Of a stretch of DNA of 64,000 nt, positions 50,542 through 63,000 are shown in pieces. Each line of letters begins with the position of its first letter. The first letter of the stretch is position 1. The notes under the pieces are model-generated. The model was not told the DNA's origin. It was given only the letters and a program-made list of their open reading frames with translations, and did not search any database. The DNA comes from Vicugna vicugna (lineage: Eukaryota): contig MU058645.1 of assembly GCA_013265495.1 (NCBI GenBank), forward strand, positions 784,995 to 848,994, written 5' to 3'. The position numbers were made by a program, and so were the translations under genes.

Positions 50542-52759
50542 AATAATTGAGCCTCATAAGTAACAGATCGAAGCAGCTTTAACCCAGTTAGAGAAGAAAA
50601 AAAGAAGCTGGAAAAATAAAGAAAGAAATAATGCAGATTAGAGCGTGACAGTCTGCAGTCTTGTTCTGTGGAACTTGAGAGGACAGTGCCGCATCTCAGG
50701 CCAGCATCAGTGTGGTCCAAGGTTCTGGGGAGACGCCGTCTCCTTCCGAAGACTGCCTGCTTGCCGGGGTTACTGAGGACCCTCAGCTTGAGAGCTCCAG
50801 TGGGGAAAGCCTTCCAGCGAGCTGGGGGTAGTTTCTGCCTCATCAACTAGGACATAATCCAGGCATCAATCCCTTGGAACTTTACTGCTGTTCTAGTCAT
50901 TAAGAGTCCTTGATAACATCCTTACCACTGGGGTTTGGGGGCCTGTCTTTCCTTCTCGCACGTCTCTCGCAGAAGACCGGGTGTGAGCGTGAGCAATGCA
51001 CAGCTTGATCAGGAGGGGTTGAGGAAGGGCTTCTGCCTGTTGGTACAACTGGGTGTATTGCGTGAGCTCCTGCAGTACTGGACCATCTACTTGCAGTCGT
51101 GTGGAGCCTAGAATTGGAAATGACGGTCACAAACACACGGGCCAGCCTGTGACTAATTCACAGGCACGGAGTCGGTAAGTCCTAGGGGCTGCTGACCTCC
51201 TTGCCACTAAAGCCAGTGGCAATCCCTCAGGTCATGGACGCTGTAGGTTCCCTGGGAGCTCTGCTAATTTAAATTTTAGAATCTTTTTTGGTTCTCTCTT
51301 CCTTTCTTGAAGACTATTTTGTTTTTCTTCCTTCCATTCCTAAAATTAGAGGCGAAGTACACAGCAGTAAAGTGGCAGGACTTTGCAAAGCTCTTTAATA
51401 ACAGTCCCAATAAAATGCAGCTTCCTGCCCTCTGACAGGTTAAGTTCCCAGCTGGGAACACAACATCAAAAAACAAAAAACGCTGCTATAAGAATGAGAG
51501 CATTTCAGAAAGGAAAGGCTTTGGTTCATTCTAAAAATAATCGAACAATGCTCAGAAGACACATTCAAAACCCTGTGCAGAGGGCAGTTGTGTGAAATCC
51601 ATGTGGAGGTGAGCAGAGGGGCCCTGGTGTTTGAGCTCTTCCCCACGTCCTACCTTTACCACCTTTACAGTTTTACCAAACTTCTGCTGGTGACAAATGA
51701 GGCCCAGACCCAAGAACCCCCCACCAACCTAAACAACTTCAGTAATATTTCCTCGTCAATGTTGACTGAGTGCACGAGCCCTTTTCCTCCATCCTGTGAT
51801 GGGTAATTTTATGTAAAAAACAAAAAAAAATGAACACTTCCATTTGAGATCTTCTTACTTTGGGGCTGACCTCGCATACTTGGTGTCTTGGCGCTTTATG
51901 AAGGTTGGTGTCTCAGTGGAGCCTGCCCACCTGACATAGTAACCAGCCAGGGCAGTGCCTTCAGCCTCATTATCCCTCTTGTAAAATTACCTACTTTACA
52001 ACAGCCTCAGGGCACCCAAACACTCTTTGAATTGCTGACCACTCTTAACTGGGGTTCCCACCGAGGTCAAGAACTCTCTGTGTTTACAAAACAGTCAACG
52101 ATCACAGATACCCCCAGCAGGATTGCTGCTTCCAGTGTGTTTATCAATCTTAGCTCCATTCTGCCCATCTGGGAGAAGTGAGATTTGTTCCAGCTTAACT
52201 CATCTGATATTTTCCTGTTTCAGTCTTAAGAAATAAGCCATCAACAAACAAAAGTATGTCTGCAGTTTCTGGGGGCCTTCTCATACATACATTAAGGGTA
52301 TAGATAGGTCACACATGGAGATTAGGGGGCCATGGGTTTCTCCCTCTACAAGGTAATGAAAGAAGTAGGATTCAAAGGATGAACAAGAGGAAATATATGA
52401 AGATGCGGAGAAAACAGAATTTCACAGGATGTGAGCCTACTTGCTGAGAAGTGTGGTAAATTGCTGGTGAGCAGCAGTGGACGCACACCGTGACAGACCG
52501 ACAAGACCAGAGACCCCAAAGCCATTTCAGTGGAGGCGCCACACATCCAGCTCCTGCAGGTATTGCTCAGAGACTGTGTGGGAGGACCTTGCCAACAAAT
52601 CAGGAGAAGCTCTGTAGAAAGTTCTTGGTCCCTGATGACTCCCATGGAGTTGAATCAAAACAAGAAGGGCTTTGTCCCTCATGTAAAAATATGTAAAAAA
52701 AAGATTAAGCAGGCACATAGTGGGAGGTTGATAAAAGCGAATTTTGGCTCGCGGAAAGC

Positions 52760-52851
52760 CTATTAATGTTTAGGGCTCGGGGACAAGCTGCCCAGGATGC
52801 GGTCAAGTCCTGTTGCAGCGTGACAGATTCAGAAAAGTCGGGGAACCACTG
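52760..52851 (+). mobile_element. Possible hAT-Charlie MITE 3' end
   Basis: aaaagtcggggaaccactg resembles the hAT-Charlie terminal repeat; no matching 5' end found. Confidence 0.3.
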
Positions 52852-53750
52852 TCTGCAGTAACAATTAAGGAAACGTCTGAAATGTGTCTCTGTGACTGAC
52901 CTGGGAAAGTCTGGACGGTTCTGCGGTCTGTGATGAGTAAAGGACTGACCTCCTTAGGATAAAGCCTGTCCTAGATAATGAAGTTTACTGTAACAAAATT
53001 GCAATTCTCTTTGGAAACCTTCTGCCCTTTCTGAGCTAAAACAATAAATGAATAGATGGACTCTGTCTTAAAGCTTACCAGCTTACCTCATCTTTCGAAC
53101 ACAATCAAAGTCATGTACATATTAGATAGGAGTCGAATCGAAGGGGCATTTAAGTTCCTTGAGGTCGTAGCTGAGAAAAACCCATAATGCTCAGTAAATC
53201 CCTGGGGATAACAGTGTGGATACAATGTTGATTTTTTTCCCAAGAGAAGCAAGCAGATATTTACGATGTTGACATAAGAGAACGTGAAAGGAAGCAAACA
53301 CAGCTAGGACTATGAAATACGCGTTCTTGGTGGGCAGCAGGGGCAAACCAGCATCTGGATTTGCTACTACAGGGAAGGAGGCAATGACTCGTCTATCGAC
53401 ATCCAGAGCTCCTGAACAAGTCTGCCTCTCTGCACGGTGCTGGTTTTTGTTTTTCCGTCTGCGTTTGGTTTGGTTTCTGCCTGTTGCTCTGGCTGTTGTT
53501 TGCAGAGTCACCAGGAGGATGGGGTGTTACAAGAACTGATGCAGGTATGATGAGGCCTTCCTCTATGAGACTTCTGACTGTTGGCTTTGGTCCCTCCTTA
53601 ACTTCTGGTTTAAGAGGGTATTGTATGCATTTGGGTGGAGAACCACTTCATTTTATTTCTTTATTAGCTCTTACAGATCAATTCTTTTATCAGCGTCCTT
53701 TCTGTTTATGATATCTACAAGGATCTTTAACAAGTCTCATTCTCTTTGGC

Positions 53751-54740
53751 TTTTTGAAAAATTGAAATATAATTCACATATCACAAAGCTCATCATTTTA
53801 AAGTGTACAACTTGCTGGCTTTAGTAGCGTCACTACACTGTAAGACCAGGACTACTATCTAATATCACGACTTTTCCAAAAAGAAATCCCAAACCTGTTA
53901 GCAGTCAGTCCCAAGTCCCCTCCCACCCCAGCCCGCGGCAACCAACTTCTTGTTTCTTTGGGTTTTTCTATTCTGGACATTTCATGTAAGTGGAATCATA
54001 CAATATGTGGTCATTTATGTCTGATTTTGTTCACTCAGCTTAATGTTTTCAAGTTTCATCCATGTCTTAACGTATATCACGACTTTATTCATGAAGGAAT
54101 AAAATTGTCCATTGTGTGGATAGACCACCTTTGTTTACCCATTTGTCAGCTGATGGACTTTCGGACCAGTCTTTTGCTGTTATGAATAATGCTGCTAATA
54201 ACACCTTTATGAATTATTCATGGTGAACATTTACGTACAGGTATGTGTGGATGTATCTTCAAATCTCTTGAGTATATACCTGGGACTGGAATTGCTATGT
54301 CATATAATAACTCTGTATTTAACTTTTTGAGGAGCTGCTGAACTTTCTCACTGTTCCTTCATCTCACATTCCCATCGAAGTATATGAGGGTTCCATTCTC
54401 CATGTCTTCACCGATACTTGTTATTTTCCGATGGTGATGATGGTGATGACGATGTTAATCGCCCTCCTTGTGAGTGTGAAGTGGCATCTCATTGCTCTTC
54501 TGACTTTCATTTCCCCAACGCCTCATGATGTTGAACTTGCTGTTCCACAAGTTATTTGCCACCTTCCATGTCATCGTTAGAGAAATAGCTGTTCTCATGT
54601 CCACTTTTCAGTTAGGTCATTTGTCTTTTTATTGTTGTAAGGATTCCTTATATGTTCTGAATTATTAGATCTTTAACAGATACACAAATTTACAAGTATT
54701 TTCTCATTCTGTGAAATTTTTTTCACTTCCTTTCCCAACA
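53751..54740 (-). mobile_element. L1MB-like 3' region
   Basis: attgaaatataattcacatatcacaaa...ttttaaagtgtacaa...tggaatcatacaatatgtggtc...gaataatgctgct. Confidence 0.85.
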
Positions 54741-55609
54741 AATTCACACACAAAAAAAATCCATTAGTCTATAAGTCTTCCCCCTGGTGCAGATTTGCTT
54801 TTCTTCAGAAATTCTAGAAGCCTACTAATATTTTGTAAAATATTATTACAATATCCATTAATCAAAACAATAGTAATTTTTCCAAGTGGTATTTTAAGCA
54901 TTATCTAGGTGTTAGCATTAGAAGAAAGGTGAAAAAGGGGTGAAGGATTACAATAAATAATAACTTTGCATGTTGAACAAATAGAAGGCATATTATTAGA
55001 CAATCTAACCATACAAATACCACAGACCCTTTTACTTCAGTTCATTAAACAGCCATATGAGGGACTAAAGGATTCTATTAACTTCTCCTTATGCTAAATG
55101 AAAATTCAAGAAGCAATTATTCCCGTGTCTAATGAGTAACCCCATAAAACCAGGCAAGCCCTACATCAGGCGCTAAACTCTGTCCCATGGTTGATCTGAG
55201 CTAAGACCCACCCAGGCTTTCTAATTAGGCTGTAAGGCTCAACTCTGAGACGAGAATGGAGGGCCCTTGGACATCTGCCAGAAAGATGCGGACATTTGCC
55301 TTTAACCAGTGAAAGTGAACTTCATTTTACACAGCAGCTGTGTTTCCCAAATCATATGTAAATTGTGCTGTTCTCAATCAAATCTATTTTACACGTACCA
55401 GAAGTTTGGCTACTTAAAGATATACTGCAGTAAATCCTTTTGAGAAACAAAGAATGTTTTGTGAACAATAATTGCTCTTCAGTTAATACGTACTGTAAAT
55501 CCAGATTTTCAAATACTACATTTTCTTAAAATAGGGCACCCCCTGCAATGAGATGACAGCTGAACAATACAGATTATTCTGCAAAGATGAAAAACAAGGG
55601 GCCAACATG

Positions 55610-55800
55610 TAGCAGGGTGTAGCTTTGGTTTCCGCATTTTGAGGAATATACTGGGTCTGCAAAGAATCCAGAGATGAGCAGGTGCGATGAGCAAGTTAAT
55701 GGAAACTAGGACACCTGAGAAAACACTAGCAGATTCAAGCTTACTTAACTTGGAGCAGAGGAAGCTAAGGAACAACTTGTTCCTTATCTTCAAAAATAAA
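55610..55800 (+). mobile_element. Ancient CR1/L3 LINE fragment
   Basis: aagaatccagagatgagcagg...ttaacttggagcagaggaagctaagg...tcttcaaa resembles the CR1/L3 RT 3' region. Confidence 0.5.
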
Positions 55801-56282
55801 CAATAAAGAAAAAAGGCTTAGAGTAAAATTTGAAGCAAACAAGGAGAATACAAAATATTATGATGGCTATGTAAGGAGAAGTGTAAGAGCAAAGAACACA
55901 GAAAAATGCAATGATGAAAGTAGTGGATACATTGGGGAGGTTATGGATAAAAATGTGCTTCTATTTAAAAGTTCCTTTAATGTTCTTACAATATTACATT
56001 GCATTGTGTAACATTATAACTTATATAGTAATGCAATATTGTAATGATAAAATAGTGTTATATGAAGTGTACATAACTTAGAGGGGGAAAAGTGAGACAG
56101 CTTAAATAAACGTGTGTCAGCAGCCAGGGACAAGAAAATTTAAGGGGAAGGAGGAAGGGTCCTCCCTCCTTCTTCTAAATCACCTCCCTTCCTCACGCTT
56201 CTGTGTTGCTTCTTCCACCCAATTAGCCTCAAGGATTCCAACATTATTACTCCTCTGCGTTGGCTGGGAGCTATGCACTTTC

Positions 56283-56915
56283 AGTTATTGATTGATTCAG
56301 CAAAGATTAGTTGACCAGCTACTACTCACCAGACTCTGCGCTGGTGACCAGGCATGCAACTGGGGCAAAGCCCCTCCTCCCTGCGCTGGCTGACTTTCAG
56401 CGTTTAGAGAGATGGTTACCATAAGCATGATAAGGACAGCAGAAGAGGATGCAGGAACCTTGTTACAGATGGGGTGCTGGAGCCACTGTCGTGGGGTGGG
56501 GGAAGGCTTTGGGGTGGGAATGACACTGAGGCTGGGTGAGGGGATGTGCTGGGAGGGAAGCTGAAAGCAAGAATGACTGGAATGTTCAAGCAGCTGGAGT
56601 TGAACAGGGAGAGACAGGTGACACACCTGGTGAGGTGGGAAGCGGCCGGACCATGCAGAACTCACCGACCTTTCCACTGAGTTTGACCCTAACCCAGCTC
56701 CTGGAGAGCTCCTAGCAGGAGAATGACATGGTGAGAGCTTGCAGATCGATGAGGCCAGCTGCTCGCTAGAGAACAGACTAGAGGAGAGACATGGCAGGGG
56801 ACAGGGAGGTCGGCTAAGAGGACATTCCAACAAATGCAGCAGAGATGCTTTCAGCAGGGAGGCCGGAGAGAAGGCGCCAGAATAAAGAGTAACCTGAGAG
56901 GGAGAAAACTGCATT
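56283..56915 (-). mobile_element. LINE-2 fragment
   Basis: ttattgattgattcagcaaa tail followed by purine-rich L2 antisense sequence. Confidence 0.6.
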
Positions 56916-57599
56916 CGGGGACTGGTTACTTATGGAGGGGGAGAAGGCAGGGATCCAGGAAGCTCACATATTCTCATGAAGCAGGCAAAGCGATCTGAAC
57001 TCCTTAAATTCAAGAAGAGCCCATGGCAACAAGTTTCTGGCTGGCAGATGAGGGCAGGAATGAAGGGCACTTCGAGAGGCTGGGAGGGGAAGCGTGGGCT
57101 CAGTGAGGCTGCAGGTAGGAACAAGCATGGAGGCGTGGGCAGCACAAAGCTGAATCCAAGCTTTGCCTCAGGTGCCACCCTCAGGAGTGCTACATGAAGC
57201 ATCTGCTTCCCAGGCCACACCAGCCTGGGGAAGGAAACACAGGGGGCCAGGGAGCAAGAGCCATCACCTATTGGGTTCTTAGCCACCAACAGGGGGCTTA
57301 CAGGCAGAGCTTCCCTACACACCGCCCTTCCTCTATCAAGGTGCCCAGCTCCCTTCAGTGCTGATCAAAATGCTCCCTCTGCATCCCTCAGGGCCGCTTT
57401 TCACCTTAGCACTTACGCATCTGATGCCTGCTCTGTTGGAGCACCTGGAGATGCTGTGACCCCGGATCTGTCCCTAAGGAGGCCCTGGTCTAGGGAGAGG
57501 CTTAGACCAATGGGGCGACAATAACACACGGGCAGTCAGTGCAGCACGAGATGGGACGCCGCTGAAGGTCCCAGGGATCCAAGTGCCCGAAGTCTTCAA

Positions 57600-57915
57600 A
57601 GGCAGTCTTGGCAGGAGCCACGTGAAAAGGGGAAAATAGTTCCTAAGCAAAAGCTGCAGACTGAGCAAAGCCATGGGAGCCAGAGGGCCGGAAGTGAGCA
57701 TGGAAATGCAGAGATGAGGTCACCGTCTCTGGCATGTGGAGCTGGAGGTGCAGGGAGGCTGGGGGATGAGATAGAAGAGCTAAGCAAAGGGCAGGGCATG
57801 GGAGTCCTTGAATTTCCCATAGGCTGCTAGAACGTCACTCTACCTGAGGGAGAAATGGAAGGCGTTTTGAAGCAATGCAATGATATGTTCAGATGGGCAC
57901 CGTTTGGAGGCTACA
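57600..57915 (-). mobile_element. LINE-2 fragment
   Basis: ggagccacgtgaaaagggga...gggatgagatagaagag...tgagggagaaatggaagg...tgatatgttcagat. Confidence 0.55.
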
Positions 57916-58059
57916 GACATTTTTCTATTTCCCTAGGTGGTCAAACATAAAGATATTGATTAAAATTATAGCAAGTTTTAAAAATATGACAAAGATCTTA
58001 ATTCTGAAAATGATCATTAAGAGATATTATAAAATAACTCTTCCTAGACCTTTATTTTA

Positions 58060-59590
58060 TGATTATAGTCAATGGGTGATATGTGTACATGCTTCAAAAT
58101 TCCAAAGGGACAGATCAGAGTAGATAAAAACTTGGTCTTCTTCCACATCCACTGTTGCTTCCAGTTTCTTATAAGTCATTTCAAAGAAATAGTCAGCTTC
58201 TCTCTCTCTCTCCCTCGCACACAGATACACACACACACACACATTTTCTTACACAGATAGTAACACACGAAAGATGCCACTCTGCCACTGCTTTCACATA
58301 ACACTCCCTGGAGATCATTTCATGTAACCTTTTCTGAAAACCATACATATAAAGCTACTTCTTTCCTTTTAAGAGTGCTTAGTTTTCTCTTGTGTGGATG
58401 GATCATAACTTATTTAGTCAGTTTTCTAGTTTCCTTCTTGGTGGACCTCTAGTCTGACCACACTCTTTTGTTACCACACACACACACACACAGTGTTGCA
58501 GTAAACGTCCTTGCACATGTGTTATTTTGCACAAGTATGAGAATGTGTGTAGGATCAACTCCTAGCCCTTGGAGCTGCTGAACTATTAGTCTCTAGAAGG
58601 GTATGCATATTTTTAATGTTAATAGACGTTGCCTGTTTGTCCTTTATAAGGGTTATGAAAATAAATACTCGCCAAAGTAATTAGTGCCTGTCTCGCTACA
58701 TCATTGCAAAATCCTTGTGCTACCAAGCTTCTTAGCTATTGCCAATTTGAAAAATGTTACTTCATTTTAGATTTAATTTGAATATTTCTAATGAGTGAGG
58801 CTGAACACCCTTGCCTGTACGTAAGGGCTGCTTGACTTTTTCGTTGTGACAGAGCATAGCCTTGGCCCATTTTCCAGTGGGTTGTTGGTAACCTTCTTGT
58901 AGATGCCTCGGGGCTTTTCTTATATTAAAGAAATTCAGTTCTTTGTAAAATGAGTTGCAGTAACTTTTTGTTTTTTAATTTTTCTTTTGATTTCACTTCT
59001 GATGCCATGCATAATTTTCTTTAGTTGTTTGCAACCAGATTTATCAGTCCTTTTTTGTATATATATAGTTTGTGAATTTGTGGTCAAATTTATAGAACTT
59101 CCCTGTGCCAAGATTATTTCTTATAAGATTTTCCCATGTCATCTTCTAACCATTTTTACCATTTTATTATTTTACATATAGCTTTTTTTTAAATTAGGAA
59201 CTTATTTGGTTGGAGAATAGGAAATCTACCTTTAATTTTTTCTGATGTTTTACTACAATTGCTCCAATGCTATTTCATTGAACATCAACATTTCCCCCTC
59301 TGATCTGAAATCCTAATCTGATACACAAAATACCTAGAGGGCTTGGGCCTATTTTGGTTACACTAATCTATCTATTTATACAGAAAACCGTTTTATTATA
59401 AATATGGGGAGTATGCACTCCTCTTTCTTCTCTCATTTCAAAATGTGTGTGTTTATTTTTCTATAGAAACTTTAAGATCAGTGTACATGGCTCCCAAAGA
59501 AAATACCCACCAGTAATTTTATTTAAATCTTATTAAGTGTATGGATTAGCTTAGGGAAAACTAGAGCTTTATGATATTGGATCTTCCTAG
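58060..59590 (-). mobile_element. Ancient L1ME/L1MD-like LINE, 3' part, interrupted by an LTR
   Basis: T-rich antisense L1 phrases; reads continuously with 60121 onward once the LTR is removed. Confidence 0.7.
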
Positions 59591-60120
59591 TGTCACAGAG
59601 AAGAGCAAATCTGACTCCGAATGGGATCTGTCCCTTTGGCTCTAAGCCCGGGCTCTGTTTCCTGGGCTTGGTGTTGCTGGTTCTGCACCTTCTGTAAAAC
59701 AATGTTGCTTAAAGCCTGAAATACACAGGAGAACCTGTTCTCAAGGCTCTGACTGCAAGGATAGTAACACTTTTCCATTTATATAAAGATAAGAAGTTGC
59801 AGAATAGAAAATAACACTTGTCTTGTTGGAGGTCTGCAGGGACACCCTGATCTGAACCACGTGGACAGCTGCAAGAACACAGGATTCCAAGAATAAAGAA
59901 TTTCTACACCAAGAAGTTTCCAAAAACCAACCACACCCCCTCCCATTTTCAGTATAAAAGGAATTCTGACTTAGGGAAGATGGTTCTCCAGGACATCAGT
60001 CTGCCATCTCCTCAGTCTGCTGGCTCTCCAAATAAAGTCGCTATTCCTTGTCCCAACACCTTGTCTCCTGATTTACTGGCCTGTCGTGCAGCGAGCAGTA
60101 TGAGTTTAGACTTGGTAATA
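59591..60120 (+). mobile_element. Solo ERV1-class LTR (MER41-like), 530 bp
   Basis: Starts TG, ends ggtaata; 4-bp TSD ctag/ctac; TATAAAA at 59953-59959; AATAAA at 60031-60036; end aataaagtcgctattccttg...ggcctgtcgtgcagcgagcag; no primer-binding site follows. Confidence 0.88.
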
Positions 60121-63000
60121 CTACCTAAAATGGAGTAAACTTTCATTTTTACAAAACTGATTTTATGTCATTTTAGTACTGTTTTTAAATATTCCTCACG
60201 TAGATCATGTGCAACTCTTGTTAAAATTATACCTATGGGGTTAATCTTTTGGGTCACTGTTGTAAGTGAGCCATCTTCTTCCACTACACCTCGCCCTGGT
60301 TTTTGTTTATATACACAGAGGCTGTTGATCGCTGCATATTAATCTTGTACCCAAAACCTTACCTATAATTTTTCTACTGGTTCTCCTGGATGTTTTAGTT
60401 AACAGTCATATCATATGAAAACAAAGAAAAATTTCTCTCTCCTTTCCAATTTTCACACAGCTTAGCTCACTCTCTTTCTGTCAATTATCTTTGGCTAGCA
60501 CCTTTGAAACGATGGTAAGTAACGGCGATGACAGGGAGAGACACGTTTCAACTGTTCCTCACTATAATAGAGTATGTGTCTCCCAAGCATGCCGCTGCCT
60601 CTGGTGTATCAGGCATGAGATGCTATAAATATTTGTCCTCTATTCCTCCTTTAATCAAGAATGTTCACTGAATATTAGCAGAAGCCTTCTCGGTACCTTT
60701 AGAAGTAAACTGTAAACCTGCTAAGTTGACAAATTAAATTAGCTTTCATTTTAAACTATCCCTGGGTTCCTGAAATAACTTATATTTATTTTATTATTTT
60801 ACAATTCTGTTGGATTGTGGTCCTAATATTGTCCATCTGTAAAGATAATTGCATCTGTAGTTTTCTTCTAGTATCCAATTTTTTATTAGGTTAGCAAGAT
60901 AACACTTAATTTATAAAAATAATCTAGAAATTGCCCGTTTTCCCTTCTCATAGGCCTCAGAATACCTTAATAATGTTGAAATCGTATGTTTCTTCAGTAT
61001 TTGATAGACTTTCTCTATGAAATCATCTGGGCCTGATGCTTTTTTCAAAAGGTATCTCTTAATAGCTTTCTATCTTTTACCTACAATAACTCATCTCTTT
61101 AAATGTTTCCTTTTGGAAAGTCAGTTTTGGTAAATCATCTGTTTCAGGGTCTGAAATTATTTATGCAGAAATCAGCAGAGGAATTTATTATGATTCTTTA
61201 ACTTCTTACTTTTAATTATTAACCATTGTTTTATGCATTTGCACTTTCTCATTATTTATTAACTGGACTTGCCAAAAGTACATCTCTGTTTTTGCTTCTT
61301 TTTGTATTTCAAAGATCCAGTTTTTAAATGTGTTTGTTGCTTTTATCCATTTATGTTTTCTAATGCAACAATATCTGTTTTTATATTTAATAAAAAAAAC
61401 TCCTTTTTTATTTTACTTTTATTTATCTACTTCATGCGTTGCATTCATCACTGACTCAGTTTCATCTTCCTTTGATGTTAATGCATGTGTTTAAAACTAT
61501 AAACATTACTGAAGTCTGCAACTTTTTTGTTTCATAATTTCTAGGTGGGACTTACAATTCTCATTTTTCAGATATCCTCCCATTTCAGTTCTTATTTCCC
61601 TCAATAGTAGCTTACAGGAGATATATTTTGTTATTATCATCATGGTTTTTATTGTCATTTTACTCTCAATTTACAGATAGGGATTTTTCTTATTCAAAAT
61701 TAATTTTTTTCATTATGATCAGAGAATGTTGCTTACTATTTCTACTCTTTGGAAATTAGTGTGTTTTTCTGGTGGAATTTTGTGAATATTTTAGTGACAC
61801 TTGAAAAGAAGATATATTCTATTTTAAAAATATAGTGTTGATTCATCTTTAAAAATTCCTTATTAAATTCCTCATGTTATTTTTTTCTACTTGAACTGTG
61901 ATAGAGAAAATGAACCAAAGTATCCCCTTCACTCATTAATTTGTCTGTTTCTCCTTGCATTTCTTTTTATATGTGTGTTTATTTGTTTGTTTTCAAAATA
62001 CTGATGCTATTTTATTTGGTACACAATGTACCATGATATCATCATTGTCAACTGCACTCATTACTGTTTTAAGTGTCTATGTTTGTCCTGTTTCATGCTT
62101 TTTGCCCCAAAGTCTGATATAAAATCATGCCCTCTGGATTTATTTTTGTTTGCATTTGCTGGGTATTTACTTATTCTTTTATTTTAAACATTTTGATAGT
62201 CTTCATTTAGGCTATGTCTCTCGAATGCATCATTCTCTACATAGCATTGAATGTTGCTTTTGGGGAGTCCAAGACTAGAATGTGATGAAAGTTTTTATTC
62301 TTAAAGATATTTCTGCTTAGAGCCCCGAAGAATTACTTCCTTTTTTTATGTCCAATAAACTTACTAGGATGTATCTAGTAAATCAATTTGTGTCAACTTC
62401 TCCTGGAATTCCACTTGTCCTTTCTTTCTTTCTTTTTTTTTTAATTGAAGTATAGTTAATTATACTGTGTCAATTTCTGGTGTGCAGCGTAATGTCCCAG
62501 TCATACATATACATACATACATTCATTTTCATATTCCTTTTCATTCCCTTTCTAATCTATAGATTTTAGTTTTCTTTTATTTATGAAATCTGTTCTTGCA
62601 TTACATCAAAAATTAAATTTTTTATATTCCATTATTTTCTTATACTCCTTTAGGGGCCCCAATTATTCATATGTTGAATACCATGTGTCTTCTAATTCTG
62701 TCTTTTTTAAAATCTCTTACTGTGTTTTTTTTTTAACATTATATATTATCCTTTGTGTTACTGTCAACGAAATCTTTATTAGGGTGATAGTTGGGTTTTT
62801 TTATTCTTTTCATTTCTTTCCTGAAGCTCTCACAGTTCACATTTCTCTCCTGCTTTCATGTCATCATTTCTTCCCTTAGCTCTCATATCTCTGCTTTCTG
62901 CTCTAGTTTTATAGAGGTTATTGCTTAGATTTTTTTGTGTGTGTGTTTGCTTTTATTTTTAAATTCACGGGTATATTTTAGTCATGATTTTAATGTGTTT
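60121..63000 (-). mobile_element. Continuation of the ancient L1 (decayed ORF2 region)
   Basis: Antisense L1 phrases ttcctttccaattt, gaaatcatctgggcctgatgc, cattatgatcagagaat, cttgaaaagaagatatattct. Confidence 0.7.
62421..62545 (-). mobile_element. Short cetartiodactyl-type L1 3' end nested in the ancient L1
   Basis: ttttttaattgaagtatagttaattatactgtgtcaatttctggtgtgcagc. Confidence 0.8.

Noticed and set aside
55986-56044. AT-rich imperfect inverted repeat
   Set aside because: Arms of only 8-10 bp in low-complexity AT sequence; expected by chance
56297-56914. 205-aa Ser/Pro/Leu-rich ORF
   Set aside because: Coincides with a decayed L2; its composition reflects the pyrimidine-rich strand
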